The notes under the pieces: generated by a model
The model's input: only the letters and a program-made list of their open reading frames with translations
What the model was told of the DNA's origin: nothing
Databases searched by the model: none
Translations under genes and position numbers: made by a program
In this document: positions 1 to 13,287 of the stretch, in pieces
Layout: each line of letters starts with the position of its first letter
Numbering within the stretch: position 1 is the stretch's first letter
DNA from: Psammoneis japonica
Lineage: Eukaryota
Length of the DNA stretch: 64,000 nucleotides
Reading direction: 5' to 3'
Assembly: GCA_008632985.1 (NCBI GenBank)
Contig: QPGO01000095.1
Coordinates: 121,681 to 185,680, forward strand

Positions 1-183
1 AGCAGAGTACAAGTACCTTGTTATCCTAAACGCAAACATCGCTATTGCATTTCTTCTCGTTTAAAATCATCTGGGAAGTGAAGATAGTGATTCCAAAAGC
101 TCGCTACTGACACTGTAGGGGATTTTCTGATTTTCCGGGCGTTTTCTTCTTTTGAAAAAGGCCATTGGTTGTTAAAAAAAAGA

Positions 184-1386
184 ATGAGACGACAAAGCAT
201 AATGACTTATGCACTGTTTCTGCCACTTATTTGTTTGATATGGCCATCCATGTCATTTTCACCAGTAACGAGTTTGCCGAGGAGAAATGGCTTGCATGTT
301 GTTCCTCGCGAGAACCAACCATGGAAGAGCACCACCAGTGTTTCTCGTTCCATGACGGCGGGCGACAATGACAAAAGGAGTACCCCAACCTTGTTTGAAC
401 CGGGTGGTGGTCCTACGGTAATTTTTGACGAAGATCCTCCGTCTCGTGTCTATGAAAAAGCCATTAAACGAACACTGTTGTGGGTGGCTGCGGCCGGTGC
501 CTTTGGTGGAATTCTGTGGACAAACTTTGGTCAGTGCACGGGTGAAGAATTCTTTGCAGGCTATCTTGTGGAGCAGAGTCTTTCGGTAGACAATCTCTTT
601 GTGTTTTTGCTCTTGTTTGAATACTTCAAGGTGCCACTGGCCTATCAAGATCGTGTGCTCAATTGGGGAATTTATGGCGCAATCGTAATGCGAGCCATCA
701 TGATTGGACTGGGCGCGGCAGCCATTTCTCAATTTCATGCTGTACTCTTGGTCTTTGCTGGTATTCTAGTGTATAGTTCTGCCAATGTCTTGGTGGGTGG
801 AGACGATGAAGAGGATGAAGACATGACGGATAATGCCATTGTCAAGTTTAGCACCAAGCTCTTTGACTCCACCGACAAGTACGACGGGGACCGATTTTTC
901 ACTCTGGTGGATGGGATTAAGAAGGCTACGCCTCTCTTCATATGCATGATTGCAGTTGAAATAAGTGATGTGGTGTTTGCCGTGGACAGTATTCCTGCTG
1001 TCTTTGGGGTTACAGAAGTAAGTGCTTCGACTGGTCTTGCTCCTGCTCAACTCGCGTTGATTCGTTCCTAACAATACTCGCTGTTTTCTTTCTAAACGCC
1101 ATAAAAGAATCCGCTGGTTGTCTTTACATCCAACATGTTTGCCATTATGGGTCTGCGTAGTCTCTACACAATCCTTTCCAAAGCGGCCTCCGATCTCAAG
1201 TACTTGGAGCCGGCCGTGGCCATTGTGCTTGGCTTTATTGGATGTAAAATGATTGGAGAATACCTGGACTACAGAATTTCTACCGAAATTTCACTCGCCG
1301 TCGTTTTGACGTTGCTTTCGGGTGGCGTTGTCTTGTCCGTGTTGGAACGACAAAATGAGCTTGTGGAGCCTCAGCAAATAGATTGA
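184..1386 (+). CDS. TERC: Plastid-targeted TerC-family integral membrane protein; exons 184-1017 and 1108-1386
   Basis: TerC motifs GYLVEQSLSVDNLFVF, QDRVLNWGIYGAIVMR, EISDVVFAVDSIPAVFGVT and FTSNMFAIMGLRSLY. A 90-nt intron gtaagt...aag (1018-1107) restores the frame to TE|NPLVVF. Signal peptide followed by SMS-FSP. The start could also be 202. Confidence 0.9.
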
Positions 1387-1788
1387 AAAAGCTAATATAA
1401 TTGTATTATATATAAACGCATAACACCTACCTACATTGAAACTGAAAACTGTTAGTAAAGTGTGGAGTTGGGGTGAAAGTTTTGGAGCGCAACAAGACTG
1501 CAGTACACAGACACTTTCATCTGGGTACCTTGTACCACGATATCAACATGTGCACAGCAAAAGCAGATTCAGTGTTTTTGTGATTGGATTGATTTATATT
1601 TGAAAGAAGTTATGAGGATCGGCGTCCCGACATTTCAGAGACTCCAAGCAGTGACAGGTACCATTGAATATTAGTGCCCATTATATCTAGAAAACGCAAA
1701 AAAAAACTACCTCCACAGTCAGTTTCCCGCGAATCATCATGCTCCACACTCGAGAGTAGGTAGAACAAAGCTTGTGTGCGTATGTCTC

Positions 1789-2490
1789 TTACAGAATCAC
1801 ACACGCACAACCCTGTCCAACGGTACCATCACCACCATTACCACTCGAACCGCTCGCCTTTTTGCTAGACGCTTCGACTGCCTTTGGTTGTGGTCGTACC
1901 GCCACATTGACGGGTGTGGGATGGGTCCGAAAGACGGGTACTTCAAAATCCAGTAGTGTCCTGCTATCCGGCGTCAAGACTCCTTTTCCCATGCAAATCA
2001 ACCGCAACGAGTCACCACCACCGGAACATTCGGGGAGTTCTGGAGAATGAAAAGCAGAATAGAAAAGAAAAAGGCAAAATGAGAAAAGAAAATTGAAGAA
2101 ACAGAAGACTCGTTTCACACGAGCTCAAGAAACAATATATACCCAAAATGACTCATATGACGCACCCTTGGGCCATACCGAAATGAGAGCTCCCTTGACT
2201 TCTCCCACCGTATCCGAAGGATTACACTTGATGATCACCGACAGACCGTCTCGATTGGCAAAGAGAAACCGCAGAGTAATCTTGTTTGGATCGTGTACAT
2301 ACGGAACCTTTTTGCTGCTACTTTTGGCTTTGCTGCTTGTTGCGGGTTCGCTTGATTCTGTAGTGGGATCTGCTTTTTCTTTTGTCGTTTCTTCCTCTTC
2401 TGTCAAGCCATTATCGGATGTATCCGATGACACTGCCGTGTCTTGATCTGCAGGCGTTGTTGTAGGTGACTCTTCTGTAGTGTCTCCCAT
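1789..2490 (-). CDS. Membrane-anchored ubiquitin-fold (MUB/UBL3-like) protein with C-terminal CaaX; exons 2490-2166 and 2039-1789
   Basis: Ubiquitin-like fold KITLRFLFANRDG...TVGEVKGALISVWPK|ELPEC...LRLICMGKGVL, ending in CACVIL* (prenylation motif). Intron gtgcgt...ctccag at 2165-2040 joins the two ORFs in frame. Confidence 0.85.
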
Positions 2491-3059
2491 GTTTTAATTC
2501 TGAAAAGAAAATGAAAAACTCAAGACTCAACCTGCGCGTATGATTTTGTAACCTACAGAGCACTTCGAATTGATTCTAAAACAACCCCGCACAATCCTCT
2601 ATGATTGATTCCAATTATCAAACAAACTCAAGGTCTAACCGTACAGTAGCAAACAACTGGTTCTGATACAGTCAGATGTTGTTGAGGCAGGCCGTGTTGT
2701 CGTCGTCGTCTCTCTTGCTTCGTTGCGCGACTGCGACACTCCGGCTTCTTCCGCGCACCTCTTGCTTTGCGTTGATCCGTTGAAACCAGGCCTGCGGGGA
2801 GCATTGACCACTTGTCTTTCTTTGTGGGTGTGGGTGTATGTGTGCCGTTGCATGCTGTATTGCCTGTACGTGCGTAGGGCCCTACCGCGGCTGAGTGGCG
2901 TGGCCACCGCACCGGTGACGCGGATGACCGTTATATTTGATGTCTCATGCCATTTTTGGGGCTGTAGCGAGGTGCACGGACACTCTTTTTTTTCCAATTT
3001 ATCGCCATAATAGCGCATCGCACAAACTCACTTATTGTTCGATATGTTTTCCCCAATAT

Positions 3060-3371
3060 GACTTTTTCGTGTAGAATTCACGATAAATTATCTTTGTATA
3101 TAACTGAATACATTTTTGAACATGCCACGCCGGCAATCCCAATTTGTGCCACGTACCCGTCGTAGGGAATTTATCGATTTTTTAGGATGTCCCCACAACC
3201 TCTCATGTCCTCAATGATAATAATTCCAAGAATCCGAAGAATTCATCTGCACTAAACAACCCATACCCTTTCAAAATCCAAGGGACACACTTTCAAATTC
3301 AGACGGACAACCCGACTGCCCGACTGCCCGACCCCCCGACTGCCCGACTGCCGGACCGACACGAAAAAGTC
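3060..3371. mobile_element. Candidate MITE with 13-bp terminal inverted repeats and internal (CCGACTGC)n tandem repeats
   Basis: gactttttcgtgt (3060-3072) is the exact reverse complement of acacgaaaaagtc (3359-3371). ccgactgc-like repeats at about 3311-3352. No clear TSD. Confidence 0.4.
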
Positions 3372-3676
3372 TGCAATCACCAACCACTGTGAGTGGTCAA
3401 TGAAAGGCCTGTGCCTTTTGTACTGGGTTTGCCTAGCCCTATGAACTCACTACCATGGACATTGTTCTATCAGAGTTCGGTGATTGCGAACACTGGGAAC
3501 GGAGATCGATGATTCGATCCTGATTCCATCATTGGATTCCAGATTCCTCTGAAAGACTTCTTCCACGTGTTGGTCCGTCGTCGGCGTCAGCGTATCTTTG
3601 CATCACGTTGACGTTGATTTGTGATTTGATTGCATGTGTTGCGTGCCAATGCATCATTGTGTGTGAAACCACCACC

Positions 3677-6440
3677 ATGGTGTCTCCAATACAATGTGCC
3701 TGTAGGCTTTTGGCTACTGTGACACTGATTATTGGAGCAGCAGAAGCCTTTGTTGCTGCTCCACTTTCTCAGAAAACGACGTTACCAGGGATTACTCAAC
3801 AACGACAACAACCGCTACTTTTCAGCACACCATGGAACTATGAGCCTCACACAGCAACATCAACGTCACTGTACGCAACAAGAACTCCAGAAGATAACGA
3901 GTCAATTCGGTTTTTCAAAAGAATTCGTCGTCGAATCAGTCCTCGTCGACTTATTCGCAAAGCAAAACCCATTTCGTTTGCCATTTTGACCTTGTTTTCT
4001 CTCAGACACAACACTCCGTCTTTTTTTGGCACGGAACCCGCTCACGCGTCGGCACCACTGCCCGCCATGCCACAAATGCAAGAGGACGATCTCGAGGGTG
4101 AGGCTCTCAAACAAAAACACAATGCCGACATGGCACAATATCAACAAGAAATGCAGCAATTCCAACAACGGGCCAAACAAATCCAAGAAACACAGGGTGA
4201 CGAAGCGCGTGCTCAATTTGAAGCCAACTACAAGGCTGCCAAACAAGAAGAAGCCCGTATCAAATCGGCGCAAATCGAACAACTCAAGCGGGACTTGTAC
4301 AATCAGGGCATTAGTCCCGTGTATGATTTAGAAGGCGAACGCCAGGTGACGCTGTTGGAAACGGGCGTCGATCTCGCCGAGGTGGCTGGAACGCGCTTTT
4401 ATGCCGAAAAGACCAATATAGCACGCTATCCCGAACGGAGTGAAGCCTACCAAAAACGTGCGCATCGATTCATTCTCAAGGAACGAGTGAATGATTTGAA
4501 ACGACGATCCAAGGATCCCCTGCAACACTTTGAACGGACCCGAGAGGATGCACGTATTCTCGACATGCCCAACCGTAAAGCCCTGGCGTTGCAAAAAGAG
4601 TACATGGAGAATTTGCAAAAGTATGGACAAATTACAGTGCCCGTCAAGGGGGAAGTCATAATGACCAAGGAGGAATTGGCAGCCAAGGAACAAGCAGAAG
4701 AAGCTGCCAAAGCGGCGGCGGCTGCTGGTAGTAGTACGGATTCAAAGGCAGCTGCTCGAGAGGCCAGAGCAAAAGCTCGAGAAGCCAAGAATGCAGCAAG
4801 AGCACAAGCAAGAGAAGCCAAGGCATTGGCACGAGAGAAAAAGGCAGAGGCAAGGGCCTTGGCAAAGGAAGAAAAGGCCAAACTTCGACAAGAAAAAGCG
4901 AAAGCAAAAGAGGATGCACGGGCAGCCAAGGCTGCTGCTGCAGCAGCGGCCGCCACTGCAGCAGCCAGTGCTGCGGCACAGGGTGCTGGAGCGGCGGTTT
5001 CTGCGGGAGTTGATGCTGCTGCATCCGAGATTGGCAGTAGCAGTGCAGTCGATGCTGCGCCGATTGTAGAAACAGAGACACGTGTCTCTGCTCCTGTAGA
5101 GGAATCATCATCGCCGGCAGGAAAAAAGGTGTCCAAAACGAAATCCGGAAAGCTTCCCATTGTTCCCGCGGCATCGGTGGTTGTGGCGACTGCGGGAGGA
5201 GGGTATGCAATCAAAAGTTACCAGGAAAAGGCAGCAGCCGATGAGGCAGAGCGACAACGGCAGTTTAAACTTTTAATGGGAGATGATGATGACGAGGACG
5301 ATTTTCCTTCTTGGTCCGCTCCAGCTCTAGAAGTCGAAACGGATCTGACGGAAGAGTCCGAATCATCTACCGCCAAATCGTCGTCTTCAAAAGAAAGTGC
5401 TCCACCACCTGCCGAACAACCCAAAAAGCGAAAACTTGGCATTAAATCCGTTTTTTCCAAAAAGTCCAATGGCCGTGAGACGGATATCAACAAGCTTGTC
5501 GCTCCAAATGCCAAGGCACCCGAATTTGCCACCTTGCTGGCCAAGGTTCTGAGCCTGGGTGCACCTGGTCGATTTCCACAAGTACAGAGTCTCCCCGGTG
5601 GCATGCCCATGGAGGAGTTTGACTTGAACGCCACGAAGGAGCTGCTGGAGGAATCCATGTCTAGTTCCGACATTGATGAAAAGGTTGCGGCCGAAGTGTT
5701 TGCGGACGTCACGAATTGCATGATGATTGATATTGTGGATCTAGCTTCGTCGGCATTGAAGGAACGAGATGATAAGGTTACGGTTTCTGCCATTAATGTT
5801 GTGATTGACTTTATGAATCACGCAGCTGCCATCTTTATGGCAATCCTAGAGGTACCGTTTTTGTGGGATTGCTTGAATCTATGTCTTGATAGTCATCTCA
5901 CTCTTTTGATTCTACTCTTGTGCATATTGTCAGGGTGTTGAAATTACACCGGTAACATACGGAGGCACTCTAGGCAAGGGCAAGCTCGAACAAATGTACA
6001 GAAAGTACGCGGAATCGGCCCAATCCGAGGGCAATCTCCAGCTGCTCAAGGATGTGTTTGAAATTACAGACAAGAAGGCTCAGGGAATTGAGCAGAAAAT
6101 AATGATGAAGCAAATGATGGACATGATGAAGGGAATGAAGAACGGAGAAGTGCCACCACAAATGAAGGAAATGATGGAATCCATGGGAGGATTGGGCGGT
6201 CTGGAAGGATTGGCAAACATGGAGGGATTGGAAGATATGGATATTGATATGGAACAACTCAAGACAATGCTGCAAGGAGTGTTGGACATGAAAGAGGCGG
6301 GGCTAATTCCAGAAGAAGAGCTCAAGACAATGAAGACTGAAGTCAAGACGTTGTTGGGCGGACTCAAGGACGAAACAGCGACACTGACACCCGAAGAGAA
6401 GGAAGTGGAAGAGTTGATGAACAAGATTTTTTCAGACTAG
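3677..6440 (+). CDS. Unknown plastid-targeted protein (~893 aa) with Ala/Lys/Glu coiled coil, a probable TM segment and a Met-rich C-terminus; exons 3677-5851 and 5934-6440
   Basis: ATG in accaccATGG context. Signal peptide then AEA-FVAAP (ASAFAP-like). Intron gtaccg...gtcag at 5852-5933 joins the 3608 and 5994 ORFs in frame (ILE|GVEITPVTYGG). Confidence 0.8.
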
Positions 6441-6580
6441 CGAGGTTGCAATCTCTGTTACTACGCCGTGCCCGATGCAAGCAGTAGCCGCAGTTAAAAT
6501 AGTGCTAATTGTATGGATGCAACAATGGCATATGAGACGGTAGATTGACCGACCGTGCACTACTGTACGGTACGGGCGGG

Positions 6581-6760
6581 GCAAGGTCACTGTCACTAGC
6601 TCAAGCGACTGTAAGAAGGATCGCCTTTGTCGAGGTACGTTCGATCATGCCAAGGTATAGGCCCTAGCCAAATATTGAAAGCCCTCTCTTCTTCTGACTC
6701 CATACCGGTAGTGGAGTACTTGGCCTGCAGGATTTTTTCTCTGTTCATAAAACATCGACA
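6581..6760 (-). pseudogene. Degenerate tandem copy of the 3' end of the adjacent gene (about 6890-7028)
   Basis: Shared blocks gcaaggtcactgtc, tcgatcatgccaag, atattgaa.gccctctcttc.tctgactccata, gtacttggcctg.agg and ttttttctctgttcataaa, interrupted by small insertions. Confidence 0.7.
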
Positions 6761-6882
6761 TGCTTGCATTCAGTCCTTTGCTGATGCGCGGAAGATTGCA
6801 AAAAGTAGCTAGAGTTGAAATCGTGCTAAATGTATGAATACAATACTGCCCTTTATGAGAAGTTAGATTGTCCGACCACTCA

Positions 6883-8202
6883 CTACGAAGCAAGGTCACT
6901 GTCGTCTGGGTCCGGGGTACGCTCGATCATGCCAAGATCAAGCAAGATATTGAATGCCCTCTCTTCGTCTGACTCCATAGCTGCGTACTTGGCCTGTAGG
7001 CTTTTTTCTCTGTTCATAAACATTGACTGCTTCACACCGTTCTTTGGCGATGGCGGGGGAGGTTTTGGTTGTTCCTTTTTCGGTGCATCCACGGGTTGCT
7101 TTGGAGGCGGTACGGAAAGCGTCGGTTCCTTCTTTGGTGTCGCTGCAGGTTTCACGGGAGGTGGCACTGAAAGCGTCGGCTCCTTCTTGGGCGTCTGCAT
7201 GGGAGGTGGCACTGAAAGCTTCGGTTCCTTTTTGGGCGTCTCTACAGCTTTCTCGGGGGGTGGAACTGACAGCGTCGGTTCTTTCTTGGGCGTCTCTACA
7301 GTTTTCTTTTGAAGAGGCACTGAAAGCAACTCACTAATCAGATCAAGCGAAGACTTAGCAGCGAGCAACAGAAATAGCAAAGAAGTCTTACCAACAGCTT
7401 CCGCTTTTGTCTGGGTGACTTCTGGAGCTTTTGGGGCGGGTGCTGATGGTTCTTTAGGTTTGTCTTGGGCAACAGTATCTTTTTGAGGCGTTGGGGCAGG
7501 CGTACTAGACTTAAGTTTAGACATTGCCGTGCGCCCCCGATTCGTTGGCTCAGGCTCTGACCGTTTCAACAAAGCTTTGCGATCAGCCGCCTCGATTTCT
7601 TTCAACGTTTTCTTCACAAGCTCCTGTGCCCTCAGCCGCTCCGCCTCTTTGGCATCAATTTCAGGCTTTGGTTCTTCTTCTTCAGGTTCTCCCTCGGGTA
7701 CTTCGGTTGCCACTGTTTCCGATGTTGAATCCTCTTCTTCTTTTGCCTCGTCACTTTTACGAGCATCCAGCTTTTTTCCAACAACCACTCCAGCACCACT
7801 CGCCACGGCAATCGCTCCAACGACCGGTACTACACGGTTGTGGGTTTGCTTTGCTGGCGGCGGAGGCGCAGATTTGGCAGCAAGAGCAGGAAGGGGCGAC
7901 AAGCCACGCCAGAAAATAGCCAAACTCAACGTTGCTGTTACGAGACGCAATACCCATTTTCGGAGAAAAAGGGATAGAGCCTTTTGGCGACGGCTTAGCA
8001 ATCCATGTTTGCTGTTCTTGACTGCAAACAACGGCGTGCTGCCGGTGCTCGACACGTGTTGCGCAATTACCGGGGCATTGGCGTGTTTTTCGCTCCACGG
8101 CTGACGTACGACATTGCTCGAAATGCTAAACGCTGTAACCACGCCAAGCTGTCGTACACTTGTACAGATCAGCGCACAACTGAGCAACCAAACGATCCTC
8201 AT
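6883..8202 (-). CDS. Unknown plastid-targeted protein with TPKKEPTLSVPPP repeats and a C-terminal KYAAMESDEERAFNILLDLGMI motif; probable in-frame 72-nt intron 7391-7320
   Basis: Long ORF. MRIVWLLSC...VVTA-FS signal/transit motif. gtaag...ttcag intron. About four Pro-rich tandem repeats. Confidence 0.75.
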   Translation of the reverse strand: MRIVWLLSCALICTSVRQLGVVTAFSISSNVVRQPWSEKHANAPVIAQHVSSTGSTPLFAVKNSKHGLLSRRQKALSLFLRKWVLRLVTATLSLAIFWRGLSPLPALAAKSAPPPPAKQTHNRVVPVVGAIAVASGAGVVVGKKLDARKSDEAKEEEDSTSETVATEVPEGEPEEEEPKPEIDAKEAERLRAQELVKKTLKEIEAADRKALLKRSEPEPTNRGRTAMSKLKSSTPAPTPQKDTVAQDKPKEPSAPAPKAPEVTQTKAEAVGKTSLLFLLLAAKSSLDLISELLSVPLQKKTVETPKKEPTLSVPPPEKAVETPKKEPKLSVPPPMQTPKKEPTLSVPPPVKPAATPKKEPTLSVPPPKQPVDAPKKEQPKPPPPSPKNGVKQSMFMNREKSLQAKYAAMESDEERAFNILLDLGMIERTPDPDDSDLAS

Positions 8203-8509
8203 GGTGACGATGGGCGATAGACCAAGAATAATGTTTTCGCCGTTGGTTGTCGTTCTGTCGTCATTCATTTTTTCAAAAAAGATTCCAAAACGGCCCGGCG
8301 CGGTCAGTTCAAAAAGCGATGAGTCAGAAAATGGAATCTAGAATCTCATCCTTCGCATGTGTGTATCGACAGAAGAAATCGTACGGTATGCCGGTAAGCT
8401 CCTCAAGCAAGGTGGAAGCTTGGTGGAAGCGGTGCTCTCAGGACATCATGCTGTCACAGCCGAAACCGTTTTAGTGCTCTCATTCATTCTACTACTGCTA
8501 GAGGCAATT

Positions 8510-11450
8510 TCCAATGGTTTTCCCTCTCCACTCGCTGCTTTTTCTGCTCACCACAGGGACAAGAAAACAGCTCACAATCTGGATGATGGGGTGATCCAGC
8601 ATCAGCACTCAGCATCACTTTTTGCTCCATCACTCAGCACCACCACCCTCCTCCATCTTCTCTCTTGTTGATGTTGCAAGCTTTCCAGCCATTCTCTTGG
8701 CTCTCACCAAACCCGCACATCTTTTTTGGGGGTGCTGACACTCCAAGGCCTCTCAAGACTCAAGAGTTCTCACTGGCCAGCCAATGTGACATGCGAGATT
8801 GCCCCAGGGTGCAAAGGTTGGACAAAGTGGATTTCTTTGGCGCAAGGTTTTTTCTCACAGCACCAGCATGTGCCCAATTTGCTGGCTTTTCTTGTGATCT
8901 TGGCGATGCTTGGCAAGTGCCATGGCCAGCTCCTCTAAAGGTGGCAGCGGTGCCTCATCATTTTTGCACTGGCCCCAGCCTCTGTGCAAGACTGTCTGCT
9001 GCAGTGCCACCAGCAAGCAAGTCTTCTTGTTGTGAGCATCGCCGAACTTGGGTTTTTGGCCAATGTGACTCAGATTGGGCTGTGTGTTGGCTGCTGCCCC
9101 TTTCCCTGTTGAAAGTGTGCCCTGCACCCATTCTCCTGGCACTCTCTTTGAGCTCCGCATCATGATGGAATGGGTGTCTCTGGAAAGCTGCTGTCCAAAG
9201 AATCATCTTTTGCACTGGCAGAATTTTTGCACTGAAACAGTTCATTGATCAGCGCAGCACAGACTTTTTGAAAAAACATCAAAAAAGCTTGGCTGTGCCA
9301 ATTTGGTGTGACAAAACAATGTTCTTTTTGGCAAGTGCCAACAACCCAACAAATGTCACCATGATGCACCAAATGCACTGCTGCTGTGAACAACATGCCC
9401 TGTTGCAATTCCACAACCATCATCATCTGCACTTGCACCATCCTTTGTTTGAGGAAATCAGGGCTGCATTCAAAAAGAAAAATGTGAACTTGCGTTCAAT
9501 TTGTTGGCTTGAAAACAGTGGTGTGCAAATGAGTTGGCTGTCACCATCATTGACAAGCACTGGTTGCCTTGCTTGTCATTTGCACACCAAAGATTAAAGC
9601 TGTTCTTTGCTTGCACAGAAAGTCCACACAAGTGCCCAAAATGCCATTCCAAAAACAGTGAAAAGCAAGCATGCATCAGTTGTCCACTGACGGAAGCAAA
9701 GAGGTCAAGTGATGAAAACAAGAAAGTGGCAAGAGCTGCTTTTAAGAAGTGCAGGGCACTCAGTCTGTGTTTCATTGGACAAGCAAGACCAGCTGGCATC
9801 ATTCCCTTTCACCAGGTGACACAGCTGATTTGTCCATGTCCTCTGCATTTCCAGCAAAGATTTGGCCAGCCAAACGCAAGAAAAGAAGAGGGCGGCACAC
9901 AGATCTCAACAAACCTCTTGGTCTGGGTCAGCTTCTTGCCACTCCAAGGCCCCATCCCGCACCAGGTGTGTCAGGCAATTGTGCATTGTTGGCATGACCA
10001 AAAAATCAAATCAAAATTCCCAAACGCTGTTGCTCCATTGCCAGCTGGGCCAGCACCAGCTCACCAACACTCCCAGTGCATCATGCACTGCTTCAGCATG
10101 GCAGGAGCTTGCATGGGATCAGCCAGAGCAGGTGCTGCCAGAAGGTGACACTCTGCCAAAGTGATTGAAAAGGAACAACATGAACTTGCACAAGCAGTTC
10201 ATTGCACTCTTGTTGGTGACAGACAAACAAGGCACGTTGCAACTGCAAAAGACAACTGCACTCAGTCAGATGGGTTTTTAAAAGAGCTCACAAAACACTT
10301 TGGAACCAACTGCCAAAGCCGGCACCACAAACTGGCTCTGGCACTTCAAGGCCACTCACTCACACACCAAAAGAGCTGCAACAGCAAGAAGAAGCTTGCC
10401 ACTCAAAGCAGTGAGAGCTGGGATGGCTGGCAAACAGAAGAAAGATTGCACAGGACTTGGATGCATTGAAAAAGGAGCCTTGAAAAGGCAAGACAAACAG
10501 GCCGTTGGAGAATGTGTGTTCATTGCGTGCAGCAACAACGCCAGATCTTGTGCACAAAAGCCAATGGATGCATCAAAAGGATGACAGTCAAATGGAGCAG
10601 AAGGACAACTCATGTTGAGGCAAGCAAGTCCTTGCTGTGAGTGCGCAACAATTTGCGCCAGCTGGCACCTCCACTTTGTTTGGGGCACACCACACAGCAA
10701 AAAGGGCTTCATTGTCCCGCTGAAGATGAGTGGTTTTCTCAGAGAGTTTTGTGAAAGGTGTGCACACCTTCAGCATTTTCTCACAGGATTTGTTCACAGC
10801 TTGGTCACTGACTGTGCCAACCCATGACTTGCAAGCACTGCAGTGTGTGTGCTCGCGCACACATGTTGTGCCAGTCACACCCAGGTTGTTTCAGAGATCG
10901 CAATGATCTGTTGGCATTTGGGTTCTCCCTGTCTTTCAAGACAAAAAGTCAGCAATGAATGTGTTGCACTGACCATGCCAAAGCTTGCAAAATCTGTTGG
11001 GCTGCAGGCAGCACTCTGCGACAGAGCGCGTGCCCTTTCAGCGCAAGTTGTGTGGCCCGCTCTGCTCCAGAGAGACGGCTCTGCAGAGTGCTCACATGAA
11101 CTGCTCTGCATCTGCATCTGGCACAAACATTCATGGACAATTTGTCAAGGTGGCCAGTTGCTGCTTTTTTTGCTCAAATGCGGCCGAACAGCTCGTGTTT
11201 TGCAGGACTTGTTCATGAATTTCCCCGTGCTCCACCTTGGTGAAAACAGCAAGCTGCAAAAGTCTGTGACGGAAGCAGTCTCCAGCATCATCCAACTCTC
11301 ATTCATTTCATGTTCCTCATGCATCAAAGCTCTTGCATGCAAGAAAAGTTTGAAGAAGGCAAGCTGCGTTTTTGAGAAATGTCAACGATTCTCGTCATCG
11401 TCGTGCTTCGATCGTCGCGGTTTTCGTGCGCGATCGGCGATCGGGCGGGG
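8510..11450. other. TpA-depleted, TG/CA-rich hypermutated domain 1 (decayed repeat or gene relic)
   Basis: Only a few TA in about 2.9 kb (e.g. ctctaaag, gattaaag, tttaag). ORF translations are Tyr-free and Cys/His-rich. Abrupt return to TA-rich DNA at about 11454. Confidence 0.85.
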
Positions 11451-11800
11451 CGGGTAGGAACCCCACAACAACAAGGTACTGTAGGACAAACCACTGTAAT
11501 TTAGGATGAACGAGGGACCTTAAGCAGTGGGAAGAAAGTGTCATTGCATCGGTGTCTGGCCCAAACATTTATTGACATCACGTTAAGTGGGAAGAAAGTG
11601 TCATCAGTGCATTAATTAAAAGACAAAGTTAGTACAGTGTATAGTACAGTACAGAAAGTATGTACCGGTACGGTACATATAGGCATACAATAAGATTCGG
11701 AGTTTATCTTGCTGGTTCTCCCCCTGCGGCCTCAAACGTAAACGATATCTAAAAAAGAGGGATATGTTTCCAGTATTTCGGTTAGGAAAAGAACGATAAC

Positions 11801-13287
11801 ATGTGCCAGAAAAGCCATCTATACATCTTTCTCGTCTTCCTCTTCAGTTTGATTTGGACGGCAGAATGTGCTGAAATGAACGAGGAAACACGAAAGAAAA
11901 ACGTACTCTTTCTCATGTCGGACGAACACTCTGGGCGATTGCTTGGTGCAGCCGGCCATCCTATTATCCAAACCCCAAACATGGATGCTCTAGCTAGAAA
12001 GGGGGTTCTATTTCAAAATGCTTATTGTCAGAATCCGGTGTGCGTACAGTCGCGTTTTTCATAATTGTTACATTTGTTTTTGTTGATGGCGTTTTGCTAA
12101 TGTTGTTCATGCTCTAACATCTCTCACAGTTGCGTACCATCTCGTGCCTCGTTGGCGACGGGGAAGATGCCATCCAAACTTGGTGTGTTTTACAACTCTG
12201 CCCACGAGGAAAACGTGTTGAAGGATGCACCATTAACGCTTCCCCGCGTGTTTGCGGAAGCTGGATATCTGACCGTGTGGTTCGGGAAAGAACACTGGGG
12301 CACTGATAACGAGGGCCTTGGTTTTGATGGAGCCAACAACACGGCTATCAGAAGGAAACATTACTCGCTTCTCCGTGATTACAAGGATTTCCGCAAATCA
12401 GTAGGGCGCCTTCCACAACGAGCCCAAACTATTCCAAGCAATATAACTCATCAAGAGGACGTGATTATGTCAGACGAAGCAATCGCTTGGCTTGACAAGT
12501 ACAATGGCACGAAGCCATTCTTTCTTGGTGTCTCTTTAAAAAATCCGCATTCCCATTCATTGTTGATGATGAGTACTACAATCTGTACAAGGATATTGTC
12601 GATCTTCCAAGAGTCTCCGAGGAAATGTTGCGAGACTTGCCAAGGATAAACTCCGAACATCGAAGACTGTACGGATTCGAAAGCATGGAAGATTGGCAAA
12701 TCAAGAAGGCAAGAGCAATGTACTATGGTCAGGTCACCTATACGGATCGCCAGTTAGGGCGGGTCGTGGAGAAGCTTGAAGAGAAAGGGCTGCGTAATGA
12801 TACCATAATCGTGTACACTTCAGATCACGGCGAGCAGGCAGGAGAGCATGGCCTTTGGTACAAGAACAGTTTTTATGAGGATTCAGTAAAGGTTCCACTG
12901 ATACTTTCACACCCCTCCTCCCTTCCTTCCGAAAAGAAAGTGTGGTGGCCGGTTCAACTGATTGACGTCGTTCCAACAATGTACCAGATGTGCGGCCTTC
13001 AGATTCCGGAAGGACTTGATGGGGCATCATTATTGCCACTTATTAAGGGAAACGAGAACGGGATGAATCGGCAGGCCCTTAGTGAAACATACGCAGGTGG
13101 CGGTGGACGAATGATCCGATGGCAATCCTGGAAATATTGCTGGCGCGATGATGGAAAAGTGCAGTTATTCAACATGTGGTATGATCAGGAAGAAGAATTC
13201 AACCTTGCCAACAGTACCAGACACGCAATGCTCATTGAAATGTTGCACCAGAGAGCAATGAAGGATTACGTACCAAGGCCCTGGTAG
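11801..13287 (+). pseudogene. Secreted family-S1 (choline-sulfatase-like) sulfatase, copy A, with a 1-nt frameshift at about 12550; intron 12040-12129
   Basis: NVLFLMSDEH, spliced CVPSRASLATG signature, YTSDHGE..GEHGLWYK. 'cat tc cca' here versus 'cac ttt cca' in copy B. The frameshift could be a sequencing error. Confidence 0.75.

Noticed and set aside
4447..5793. Long antisense ORFs 4447-5214 and 5218-5793
   Set aside because: They are shadows of the low-complexity plus-strand gene.
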